Assembly: GCA_030390025.1 (NCBI GenBank)
Contig: CM059432.1
Location: forward strand, 117,182,001-117,246,000
From: Squalus acanthias
Taxonomy: Eukaryota
Direction of reading: 5' to 3'
DNA length: 64,000 nucleotides
Shown here: positions 38,052 through 50,031 of the stretch, in pieces
Position numbering within the stretch: position 1 is the stretch's first letter
How the letters are laid out: every line of letters starts with the position of its first letter
Translations under genes and position numbers: made by a program
The notes under the pieces: generated by a model
Told to the model about the DNA's origin: nothing
The model's input: only the letters and a program-made list of their open reading frames with translations
The model's database searches: none

Positions 38052-38992
38052 GTCTAATGTGTAATGAGACAGGATTAATTAATGATCTCATAGTAAAGGA
38101 TCCTCTAGGGAAGAATGATCATAACATGATAGAATTTCACATTCTGTTTGAGGGTGAGAAACTGGGGTCTGAAACTAGTGACTTAAACTTAAATAAAGGC
38201 AATAACAAGGGTATGAAGACAGAGTTGGCTAAAGTGGACTGGGAAAATAGATTAAAAGGTAAGACGGTAGATAAGCAGTAGCAGACTTTTAAGGAGATAT
38301 TTCATAACTCTCAACAAAGCTATATTCCAGTGAGAAAGAAAGATTCTATGAGAAGGATGAACCATCCGTGTCTTACTAAGGAAGTTAAGGAAGGTATCGA
38401 AATTGAAAGAAAAGGCATACAATGTTGCGAAGATTAGTGGTAGGCCAGAAGATTGGGAAATTTTTAGAAACCAGCAAAGGATGACTAAAAAAAAATAAAG
38501 AGGAAGAAAATAGATTATGAGAGTAAACTAGCAAGAAATATAAAAACAGACAGCAAGAGCTTCTACAAATATATAAAAAGGAAGAGAGTAGCTAAAGTAA
38601 ATGTTGGTCCCTTAGAGAATGAGACTGGGGAATTAATAATGGGAAACAAGGAAATGGAGGAGACTTTGAACAAATATTTTGTATCTGTCTTCACGGTAGA
38701 AGATACTAAAAGCATCCCAATAATAGTGGAAAATCAAGGGGCAAAAGGGAGGGAGGAACGTAAAACAATCACTAGAGAAAAAGTACCAGGAAAACTAATG
38801 GAACTAAAGGCTGACAGGTCCCCTGGACCTGATGGCCTGCATCCTAGGAAGTGGCTGCAGAGATAGTGGATGCATTGGTTGTAATCTTCCAAAATTCCCT
38901 AGACTCTGGAAAGGTCCCAGCCGATTGTAAAACTACAAATGTAACGCCCATATTCAAGAAAGGAGGGAGACAGAAAGCAGGAAACTATAGGC
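38052..38992 (+). mobile_element. CR1 ORF2 internal fragment (endonuclease end to RT start)
   Basis: DPLGKNDHNMIEF, LNKYFVSVFT, SPGPDGLHPR, NVTPIFKKG..AGNYR. Confidence 0.9.
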
Positions 38993-39745
38993 TCGAAACT
39001 AATTTTATTTTGCCTGAAAGAACTCTTATGGTGCTTGTGCATCATATTTTATAAAATGTGATAAAAAAACAGAGATCTTGAAGGGTAGAGAAGTAAAGGG
39101 AAACCTCAAATACTGGAAATTTGAAATGAAGACAGAGAAAGCTAGAAATGTTCAGCAGGCCAGCCAGTAACTGAAAGAGTAAGATTGGGTTCATACTTTA
39201 TCTGAACTCATTTCTTCTGGTTACAGATCTCACCCGAAACATTGACCTATTTGTCCCTTTAAGATGCTACCATAGATGACTACCAAGGTTATTCACTGAT
39301 ATAGACAGTATTGTCCAGTATTGTGAAACAGATTGCAAAGTGTTACAGTTCAGGCTTTTCCCACTCCCTTTTTCTTATGTAAATGGCTTGGCAACAGCTT
39401 CCATAAGCTGATTGAATCTCTTATGAAAATTCAGCTCATGTTGTGAATGGTTAGCATTGCCCAGGTCACACAATTAATTCTGATTGCAGTAACTTGGAAA
39501 ATATATAGGATGCCCATCATATTCTCCGCACCGCTGAACCACTTCAGACAGGCTGAAACCATTTGCTAGATTTATTTATACAGAAAAAATAATGAACAGT
39601 AACAGGAAGACATAGGCTAAATATCATGCAGCGCAATCATCAAAATTACACTACATACAAACTAAATTAACTGTTTTTAAAAAATCTACATGCTACAAGC
39701 TTCCTGCGACAAGGACTTCGAATGACAGTTTCCGGTGGTATATAT

Positions 39746-39946
39746 GTCTTCTTCTCTTCTTCTTAGGCAGTCCCCCGGAGTCGAGGATGACTTGCTTCCA
39801 CTCCAATATTGTAGGTTCTAAGGTGACTAATGAGTCCTATACGGGATCTACAGACTCTGCCACAGGTGGGGCAGGTAGTGGTTGAAGGGACGAGTGGGTG
39901 GAGTGCTTGGTTTGTCATACGCTCCTTCCGCTGTTTGTACTTGGCC
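39746..39946 (-). mobile_element. RTE-clade LINE 3' end
   Basis: Minus strand reads TTCPTCGRVCRSRIGLISHLRT (C-terminal zinc finger); GAA-type tail. Confidence 0.8.
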
Positions 39947-40006
39947 TGTATATGTAAGCACTCTGTTTATGGAGCTCTATTCATTCCTGCGCCATGTAGA
40001 AACACA

Positions 40007-40125
40007 GGGGTAGAATTTCTGCAGGGGTTCTCCTATCTCCAGCTTCCGCTGTTTTACGGGGTTTCCGTTAATCTTTTATCAAAGTTACGGTGGAAGATTG
40101 GGAAACCACTGTAGAAATTTTACCG
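40007..40125. mobile_element. ~120-bp hairpin MITE
   Basis: ggggtagaatttctgcagggg...ccactgtagaaattttaccg. Confidence 0.6.
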
Positions 40126-40432
40126 TATTACGATTAGAAAAGCTACAAGACTACATTTATAGATGTAGATGCAGTCTCTTTGCGGATGATCTTTAATCTC
40201 TGCAGTCTAACATTTCAGTAAACATGTGATGATGGCCTAGTATTTATAAAGGTAATTCCAATTTCCCTTGCTACTCGTAGGGAGGCACTCTCACAGGATG
40301 TGCGAGTCAGAGAACTGAAGTTACATTATTGTAGTCCGAAAACCAACTTGTACCTCCTCTGAGTCTGGCTTCCACTGTGAGTGCAAAATTACCCCTCATG
40401 TCTCCTTTTGGTGTACTATTCAAAAACAGTCT

Positions 40433-40614
40433 GGCCTGGAAATTTGTTTCGGGCGGTGTGGCGAAACGGGCGGTATTGGATCGGATCGGATCGGCCGGCC
40501 ATTATAGGCAGCGCCTGATACTGAGTTCAGACTGAACATCAGGTGCTGCCTATAACGGCCAGCCGATCCGATACTGCCCGTTTTCCACCACCGCACAAGA
40601 CGAATTTCCAGGCC
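40433..40614. mobile_element. 182-bp MITE
   Basis: TIRs ggcctggaaatt / aatttccaggcc; flanks tct/act; nested internal inverted repeats. Confidence 0.85.
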
Positions 40615-41244
40615 ACTATTTTTTTTAACAGCTGACAATAGTTGGAAATTAGTTTTAGATATCCAGCAGCAAGTTAAATTCACATCAAATTGCCCTCCAG
40701 AGGATTCCATGGTAACAAGCAAAGGGCTGTGATTCAGGCAACCAGACATGGCTGTAGAGCAACAGAAGTATATTTAGGTCAGACAGACACTTTGAGTAAG
40801 TTGACTGGGGCTGTTTACATTGTAGCCCGTGACATTTATTAGCCATTCTACAGACTCACTTTGTCACGGAATAAAGGAAATTTCAGAAAGACAAAGGACA
40901 CAGCTGGTTGATGCAATTTTATATATGGATTTACACTAGCTAGTTAAAAACATAAAATGTAAGGAACATTTTTTTTTTTTTGTTCTATAAGGTATAATAC
41001 CAAATGTGCCTCATGTGTTTTTATGTCATATTATTATTGAGGAACTCTAGATCGCTAAGCCGTTGGGCCCGATGGTATATACTTTAGGGTGCTGAAGCAA
41101 TTTGCCATGGAAGAGTCTCTGGGTACTGGTGTGACTCTGCAGGATTCAGACCCTATATTTGCAAAGTGTGACAAATGAGAGACAGTCAATTACAGGCCCA
41201 ATGGCCCAACATCACTGATAGATATAATAATGGAATGTATTGTA

Positions 41245-43019
41245 ACATAGAAACATAGAAACATAGAAGATAGGAGCAGGAGTAGGCCATTCGGCCCCTC
41301 GAGCCTGCTCCGCCATTCAATGCGATCATGGCTGATCATCCAAATTCAGTACCCTGTCCCTGCTTTCTCCCCATATCCCTTGATCCCCTTAGCCTTAAGA
41401 AATATATCTAACTCCTTCTTGAATATATTTAATGAATTGGACTCAACTGTCTTCTGTGGTAGAGAATTCCACAGGTTCACCACTCTCTGGGTGAAGAAAT
41501 TCCTTCTCATCTCAGTCCTAAATGGCTTACCCCTTATCTTAGGCTGTGACCCCTGGTTCTGGACTCCCCCACCATCGGGAACATCCTTCCTGCATCTAGT
41601 CTGTCGAGTCCTGTTAGAATTTTATAAGTTTCAATGAGATCCCCTCTCATTCTTCTAAACTCTAGCGAATACAAGCCCAAAAGACCCAATCTCTCTTCAT
41701 ACGTCATTCCTGCCAGCCCATGGCAAGAACATCCTTCCTCAGATAAGGCGACCAAAACTGTACACAATACTCAAGGTGTGGTCTCACCAAAGCCCTGTAC
41801 AACTGCAGCAAGACATCCTTGCTCATGTACTCAAATCCTCTCGCTATGAAGGCCAACATACCATTTGTCTTCTTAACCGTCTGCTGCACCTGCATGCTTA
41901 CCTTCAGCGACTGGTGCACAAGGACACCCAGGTCTCGTTGCACTTCCCCTATTCCCAATCTATTGCCGTTCAGATAATAATCTGCCTTCCTGTTTTTGCC
42001 ACCAAAGTGGATAATCTCGCATTTATCCACATTATACTTCATCTGCCATGCATCTGCCCAATCACCCAACCTGTCCAAATCATACTGGAGTTTCTCTGCA
42101 TCCTCCTCACAGCACACACGCCCACCCAGCTTTGTGTCGTCTGCAAACTTGGAGATATTATATCTAGTTCCCTTGTCTAGATCATTAATATATATTGTGA
42201 ATAACTGGGGTCCTAGCACCGATCCCTGCAGTACCCCACTAGTCACTGCCTGCCACTCGGAAAAAGACCCGTTTATTCCAACTCTTTGCTTCCTGTCTGC
42301 CAACCAGTTTTCTATCCAAGTCAGTACCTTACCCCCAATCCCATGTGCTTTAACTTTGCACGCTAATCTCTTATGCGGGACCTTATCGAAAGCCTTCTGA
42401 AAGTCCAAATACACCACATCCGCTGGTTCTCCCTTATCTATTCTACCAATTACATCCTCAAAAAATTCCAGTAGATTATTCAAGCATGATTTACCTTTTG
42501 TAAATCCATGTTGACTTTGTCCGATCCTGTCACTGTTTTCCAAGTGCTCTGCTATTATATCTTTTATAATGGACTCTAGCATTTTCCCCACTACCGATGT
42601 CAGGCTTACCGGTCTATAATTCCCCGTTTTCTCTCTACCATCTTTTTTAAATAGTGGGGTTACATTAGCCACCCTCCAATCCATGGGAACTGTTCCAGAG
42701 TCTATAGAATTTTGGAAGATGACCAGCAATGCATCTACTATTTCTAGGGCCACTTCCTTAAGTACCCTAGGATGTAGATTATCAGGCCATGGGGATTTAT
42801 CGGCCTTCAATCCCGTCAATTTCCCTAACACCATTTCCCTACAAATACTGATTTCATACAGTTCCTCCCTCTTATTAGACCCTATGTTCCCCGACATCTC
42901 TGGGAGGTTATTAGTGTCCTCCTTTGTTAAATCAGAACCAAAGTATGTATTTAATTGGTCTGCCATTTCTTTGTTCCCCATTATAAATTCCCCTGATTCT
43001 GACTGCAAGGGACCTACAT
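41245..43019 (-). mobile_element. Young 5'-truncated CR1 with an open RT domain
   Basis: [33 protein letters not shown] and FADD in one frame; ~40-bp internal deletion near 41715; ttctatgt tail. Confidence 0.97.
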
Positions 43020-43711
43020 AAGAGGGCAGGCTGGTGAAGTATTGTTTAATAAGGAACAGCCAACATAGATTTAGAAGGGGAAGATACTGCCTGACGAATC
43101 TCCATGACATTGAAATGATTACAGATTTCTTCAGTTAATAAAATAATAAACGTGGATTTGGCTGACTCTCATTTTCACCTTCCTGGCCAACAAAAGTGAC
43201 AATAACTGGGGTTTCACTCTAATATTATAATGTTTTGTCATAAAATCACCAAAAAAAACTTCTTTATTTTTGCAATGCCTGCTACTGCAATTTTGTGGAG
43301 ATTTAGATGGCAGCACTGAACACTGACACCTGATTTATGCAGCCAAGGCAGGTAAATGGAGTTACGATGCAGATCAGTCGTTTTCTAATTGAATGGCGGA
43401 GCAGACTCGGGGCTGAATGGCCTCCTCCTGTTCCTATGTGATGAAATATATATATATATACAAACGTTCTGTGTGAAAGAAGGAACAATCTGTGGGGATT
43501 GTCAATTATATTTTTTGGCCTTAATTATTTTTCCTCAACAATCATTTAACTAAAGGGATGCTCATTTTGTTTATAAGTCACAGGTCATGTAATCACAATA
43601 TTAACAACTTGTATTTATGTAGTGCCTTTAACTTAGAAGAATGTCTCAGTGCATTTTACAAGAGGTTGCTGAGCAGGAGACAGTAAAGGATGAAAGAGTC
43701 AAAATGCATAA

Positions 43712-45842
43712 AGAAAGAAAGACTTGCATTTTTATAGCGCCTTTCACGGCCACCGGACGTCTCAAATACTTTTTGGAGTGTAGTTGTAAGGGGTGAGACC
43801 TGTGGCTCTGTGCTTAGCCTGGGTGCTAGTGCGAGGTTAGGCCTTGTTGCCTGTTCTGGTCTCCAGCCAGCCTGGTAACACTAGACCCCTGTGAGTGGTT
43901 CGACCCACTCGCCCTTACGGTTCTGACACTGGACTTAGGTGCGAGAGCAATAATGCAGAGAAAACTCAGGTAGATCCGGTTGAATAGTGCGAAATGGAAA
44001 ATCTTTATTGCATATTATTCAAGATTACGAAATACATGTCATAAGCACAGATTAATGACAGTACAATCTTACACGCAGTTATGTAACTAATTTTGGGAAA
44101 CGAGGAGCGCACGACACATCGAAAAAGGGGGCACACATTACAATTATCCTTAAAACTTAAACCCTCCCCTATCAATACCTGTCCTAAACTAGATTTGTAG
44201 GATCGAGACTCATGCTCACCACTCGTGATAACTCGGAGAATTCCGAAACTCTGCTCGGATGTTTTTCCTGCAGCACCTGACCACCCACGTGTTGATCAGG
44301 GGTCTCTGTACCCCACTTGTTTACTCGTTTTCTGCTCCGGCTAGCAGGCTGGACCGTCTGCTGTCATGAAGATCTGTGTTGTCCTCGGAGTTCCGACACG
44401 ACTCAAAAAATAGTCTTCCTGTGCCCTCACACCGATGCGATAAAACTCGAAGAATGGTCTTCCTGGGCAAGGAAAAGTGTTTATTCGACTTACAGGCGCG
44501 GTCGGGGCTTACTGACCGTGGCGATACGTATTGTCGTCTTCTTCTCTTCTCATCTCATCTCATCTCATCTCATCTTATCTCGGGCCTTCGGTTCCAACAC
44601 CGTTTACCGACTTCTCGGGATGGTGTGCCCGTTTCAAGGCTTCACAGCCCAGTTCTTCACAGATCTTCGCGGCAAGCCACGAGGTTGATCCTGGCGGATC
44701 AGAAAGTTCAATAGTCTTCCAGCAAGTCGAGCAGCAAGAGGCAGAGACAGCAGTCAAGAGTCAAGAGGCAGAGTCAAGAGTCAAGAGGCAAGAGCAAACG
44801 GCAAGAGCAAACGGCAAGCGCAAACGGCAAGAGACAGATGGACGGTTGTACCTTACAGTTATAGTGCTGTAATTCCTCTTTTCCCGCCCAATCTTAATGT
44901 CTTTCTTTTGTCAGGGTTTTGGCGCTCAAACTTCTTGTATAGGGTGATCTTCGTTTAATGGGTTTCGGTGATACTTGTAACTGCCTGAGTACCCGTTAAT
45001 ACTTCTCCCATTGTGGAACCGGTCAGTATTCTCCCTGGAGGGGTTTTGGGGCTTCCAAATGTTTTCTGTAACTACCCGCAAACGGCTCTCTCATCGTAGA
45101 GTCGTGGGGATTTTGCATATTAATGTCTTTGGATGGGTTCTTGATCGCTCGGTACAATAGCCCTTATTCGCACCTGGGAGACTGATTCCAGTATTTATGT
45201 GTAAAATGCAAACCCATTATGTCTTGTGAATTATCTCAAATGTGCTGAGTCTTGTCCGATCTCGCACAAATGTTTATTGGAACGCCATCTTGTCTGCTCA
45301 TTGAAAAGTCTAGAACGTTCTGCCACGAGGTGTGGCGGCCATTTTACAGGCTGCTTGTGCCCACTTTGAAAACCTGACAGCATTCTGCTGAAATAAAGCT
45401 GTTTGTACGAAACTATATGTCTCCTTCTTATTTTATAAAATCGCGATAATTTTGCGAATTCTACATAGTCACTGTTATAATGTAGGAAATGCGGCAGCCA
45501 ATTTGCACACAGCAAGCTCCACAAACAGCAATGTGATAATGACCAGATATCTGTTTTTGTTATGTTGATTGAGGGATAAATATTGACCAGGACGCCGGGG
45601 ATAACTCCCTTGCTCTTCTTTGAAACAGTGCCATGGGATCTTTTACACCCACCTGAGAGAGCAGACAGGGCCTCGGTTTAACATCTCATCCGAAAGAAAG
45701 CACCTCCAACAATGCAGCGCTCCCTCAGCACTGCACTGGAGTGTCAGCCTAGATTTATGTGCTGTAAGTTTCTGGAGTGGGACTTGAACCCACAACCATC
45801 TCACATCAGAGGCAAAGAGTGCTACCAATTGAGCCACAACTG
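43712..45842 (-). mobile_element. Full DeuSINE/SacSINE-like SINE split by a solo LTR
   Basis: tRNA head gtggctcaattggtagc...gggttcaagtccc, conserved body and L2-like tail. Confidence 0.85.
43785..45465 (-). mobile_element. 1.68-kb solo LTR, same family as 29787-31399
   Basis: Minus strand TGTAGAATTCGC...CCCCTTACA; perfect TSD TAGT. Confidence 0.9.
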
Positions 45843-46507
45843 AAACTTACATCGTTGAAGAGGCAAGTTTTTAAGAGGCTTTTGAAGGATGGGAGAGAAG
45901 CAGCAAAGTACAGTGGTGTAGGAAGAGAGCTCCACAGGGCAGGGGGAGATGATTGGAGGCATGACCTCTGATGGTGGAGTGGAGGAGATGGGGGACGAGC
46001 AATATACTAGAGTTAGAGGAGCAGATGTTGCGTTCCCCGGTTGATTAATTTTGCAGGATATTGTGTGGGGATACCCTGGAAATCTTGTACCATGTTAGAT
46101 GGCTTAGAGTCACTGTGTTAGCAGGACTCTCATCACCCTGGGACCTTGTTCTAGTTTCAGGCACTGTGTGAAGTTTCCCTCAATTTTTTATACATTTTCC
46201 TGTCTGCTTCAGGTGTTGGGTCATAGGCATTGAGAATATAAGGGGCAATAATTTGCTGTTAAAATAATGGTGAGGGTAATGACGCTCCCTGTTATTTATG
46301 CACAAATAGTACAGCAACTTCAGGCGAGGGACAGATGCACAGTTAAACATGAATATCCAAAAGTTACTGTCAGAGTTGCGTGCTCCACTGTTAGCTTTGT
46401 GAAAACGACATTTCGCGGTCTGGCTTACCATTGAAATGCATTGAATGGCGTGAAGTTGCTGTATTTGCGCAGTAGATACGAACTAAGCTCGCCATAGAAA
46501 GTTAAGG

Positions 46508-46612
46508 CAGTGTGTATTTGCAACACCAAAGTTCTGATTGGTCCCCTTGGATGACAAGACCAGATTTTGGTTTGGTCCTCTTGGAGGATATGACATACCC
46601 AGCAGTTTGTCT
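46508..46612. repeat. Inverted copy of the 22570-22673 CCAAT repeat
   Basis: Reverse-complement similarity. Confidence 0.8.
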
Positions 46613-47219
46613 GGAATGTGTAATTAGATCCTGCCTGCGTGAGAAATCAAATACTTTGCAATATTTAATTTGATCCATTCATACTGACGGCCAGGCTCCA
46701 GAGCTCACAGTACTGTTTTCAGAGAACAGACAGGGCTCACCCCTGTGGGTTAGGACCTTATACCCCCCCAACAAGTTCCTGACCCCCCAACAAGTTCCTG
46801 ACCTTTCCCACCTCTGAGTTCCTGACCTTCTCAACACCCTCCCCCACCAAACCCATAGATGGGGCATTGTGTGTGGGTCACGGATTGTTAACAGGTTTAT
46901 TGGGTATGAAGTAAATAGTGACAGCATCAGGACTTCCAGATTTCATCCAGTCCAATGATATCACTTGCTGCACAGGCGCCGGCCTTTCTGAGAAATCAAG
47001 CAGGTCTAGAGGGAGGAGAGGGAAAATGTGGTATGGGTGTAAAAGGGCTGGGGGTGGGGTTGGAAGAACATGATCCATGACTAACAGAGTGGGGAGAACA
47101 TGATCCGTCTTCCCATCTGGATCACGTTCTCGCTCTCATCCCGTCACCCCCCCCTTTAGAACTGGACCACGTTCTTTCCCCCATCCCCACTGTTCTGTCC
47201 GTGCACTTCCCACCCTCGA

Positions 47220-49260
47220 GTTACTGACCTTCTCTCCCCACTCCGAGCTCCTCTCTTCTCGCCCTTTCATCCCCTCTCCTCTCTCCCCCTCCTCCAAACC
47301 ACTCTCCTCTTCCCTCCCTTCGCTCTCCTCTCCTCTCACCCCCATTCGGTTCTCTCTCCACCCTCCGATCCTCTCTTCAACCTCCAATCCTCTCTCTCCC
47401 CGACTCTGATCCTCCCTCTCCCCCCCAATTCCCTCTCTCTCCCCCTGATCCTCTCTCTCCCCCCTGTGATCCTCACTCTCCCCCTCTGATTCCCTCTCTC
47501 TACCCCCTCCGATTCCCTCTCTCTCCCCTTCTGAACTTCTCTCTCCCCTCTCCAATCCTCTCTCACCCCTCCGATCCTGTCACTCTCCCCCCTTCGATCC
47601 TCTCTCTCCCCACTCTGATCCTCTCTCTCCCCCTCCGATCTTCTCTCCCCACCCTCCGAATCCCCCTCTCTCTCTCTCACCCCTCCCATCCTCTCTCTCC
47701 CCCTCCTATCTTATCTCCCCACCCACCGAATCCCCCTCCCTCTCTTTCCCCCCTCATAGAAACATAGAAACATAGAAGATAGGAGCAGGAGTAGGCCATT
47801 CGGCCCCTCGAGCCTGCTCTGCCATTCAATGAGATCATGGCTGATCATCCAAACTCAGTACCCTGTACCTGCCTTCTCCCCATATCCCTTGATACCTTTA
47901 GCTTTAAGAAATATATCTAACTCATTCTTGAATATATTTAATGACTTGGCCTCAACTACCTTCTGTGGTAGAGAATTCCACAGGTTCACCACTCTCTGGG
48001 TGAAGAAATTCTTCCTCATTTCTGTCCTAAATGGCTTACCCCTTATCCTTAGATTATGACCCCTGGTTCTGGACTCTCCGACCATCGGGAACATTCTTCC
48101 TGCATCCAGTCTGTCCAGACATGTCAAGAATTTTATATGTTTCGATGAGATCCCCTCTCATTCTTCTATACTCCAGCGAGTATAAGCCCAATCGACCCAA
48201 TCTCTCCTCATATGTCATTCCTGCCATCCCAGGTATCAGCCTTGTGAATCTTCGCTGAACTCCTTCCATGGCAAGAACATCCTTCCTCAGATAAGGCGAC
48301 CAAAACTGCACACAGTACTCAAGGTGTGGTCTCACCAAGGCCCTGTACAACTGCAGCAGGACATCCCTGTTCCTATACTCAAACCCTTTCGCTATGAAGG
48401 CCAACATACCATTTGCCTTCTTCACCGCCTGCTGCACCTGCATGCTTATCTTCAGCGACTGGTGCACAAGGACACCCAGGTCTCGTTGCACTTCCCCTTC
48501 TCCCAATCTATTGCCATTCAGATCCTCTCTCTCCCCATATCCAATCCCTTCTCGCTCCCCGACTCTGATCCTCTCTCTCCCCCCTCCGATTCCCTCTCTC
48601 TCCCCCGATCCTCTCTCTCCCCCCTCCAATCCTCTCTCTCCCCTCTCCGATTCCCTCTCTCTCCCCCCGATCCTCTCTCTCCCCCCTCCAATCCTCTCTC
48701 TGCCCCCTCCGATTCCCTCTCTCTCCCCCCTCCAATCCTCTCTCTCCCCCCTCCGATTCCCTCTCTCTCCCCCCTCCGATCCTCTCTCTTCCCACCTTCG
48801 ATCCGCGCTTTTCGCCCCTCCAATCCTCTCTCTCCCCCCTCCGATTCCCTCTCTCTCCCCCCTCCGATCCTCTCTCCTCCCATCTTCGATCCGCTCTCTT
48901 CGCCCCTCCAATCCTCTCTCTCCCCGACTCTGATCCTCTCTCTCCCAGCTCCAATTCCCTCTCTCTCCCCCCTCCAATCCTCTCTCTTCCAACCTTCGAT
49001 CCGCTCTCTTCGCCCCTCCAATCCTCTCTCTCCCCGACTCTGATCCTCTCTGTCCCAGCTCCAATTGCCTCTCTCTCCCCCTTCCAATCCTCTCTCTCCC
49101 CCATCTGAACCTCTCTCTCCCCCTTCCGATCCTCTCTCCCCCTTCAATCCTCTCTCCCTTCAATCCTCTCTCCCCCCTCTGATCCTCTCTCTCTCACCCC
49201 TCTGATCCTCTCTCTCCCCCCTTTGATCCTCTCTCCCCCCCCCCCCCCCAGTCTTCTCCT
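47220..49260. repeat. Polypyrimidine minisatellite (~21-bp ccgatcctctctctcccccct-like units)
   Basis: Tandem degenerate CT-rich units, interrupted by a CR1. Confidence 0.9.
47755..48521 (-). mobile_element. CR1 3' fragment, same subfamily as 41245-43019
   Basis: LNGNRLGEGEVQRDLGV...; matching tail. Confidence 0.95.
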
Positions 49261-49419
49261 CGCCCCCCCCCCACCCCCCCGGCTACCAACGGATCCCCTG
49301 ACCTACTCTGCATGCAGCCGAGCAAAGCGTGGCAGTGCAGGCCGCAGCTGCGGCACCTTTGGGTACTGCGCATGCGCGACCGGATCGAAAGCCAAAAATG
49401 CAGCGCAAATAATCACTTC

Positions 49420-49889
49420 AGAAAGTTAAGTCTTGTCCATTTCAGTCTCAGTACCCTTTTACTGACGTGATAAGTGTTAATTACTGCCAGTCAACCTCTC
49501 TGGCACTGAAAATTAACTATTACAAGCGTGGAGTCTCATTCCTTCAGGTTTTAAATGTTGTTGGAGATTTTAAAAATATAACCTTTTTATTTTATTTTTA
49601 CTTTTCTTTTGTCTCTTTTTTCTCTGTCTTAATCCAGTCTTTCTTTCCCTCTCTTTATTTCTCTTGCTGTACCTGATTTGACATTGAATTCACCCACTCT
49701 AATTTACACGTCCTTCTCAGTCCTTGTGCTGTTAATTTCTCAATCCTTCAATCTGATTGGTTAAGGAGATACACAGTTGCTTGCTCTGTTCACTCAGGTC
49801 CCAGATGCCCGGTTTCCCTCGCTGCGACGTTATCAGCTCACACTTTCAGCAACTTGCCACGCAAAAAATTTAAAAACCTAAATGTACAA
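49420..49889. mobile_element. Right part of a non-autonomous Harbinger-type element (left part probably ~46350-46507)
   Basis: Ends aaattatggccc; gaaagttaag occurs at both breakpoints. Confidence 0.45.
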
Positions 49890-50031
49890 GGGCAAGTCTA
49901 ACTAATGGCAGATACCGTTAGATGCCCTGCCACAGAAAATTATGGCCCAAAGTTTTACACTTTCATAGTTTGTATTATCCTTTGGATTGCTATGAGGAAA
50001 AAATGCAAACACTTTAACGCTAAAACACCAT

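Noticed and set aside
41704..43110. Functional 468-aa reverse transcriptase gene
   Set aside because: 5'-truncated CR1 without endonuclease; the N-terminus comes from flanking DNA and the C-terminus is cut by a deletion.
29787..45465. The two related LTRs as ends of a single provirus
   Set aside because: They are in opposite orientation, have different TSDs, are strongly diverged, and no gag/pol/env lies between them.
47136..49163. Long G/E/R- or P/S/L-rich ORFs, including the 369-aa CR1 fusion
   Set aside because: Low-complexity minisatellite lacking stops, joined by chance to a CR1 fragment.
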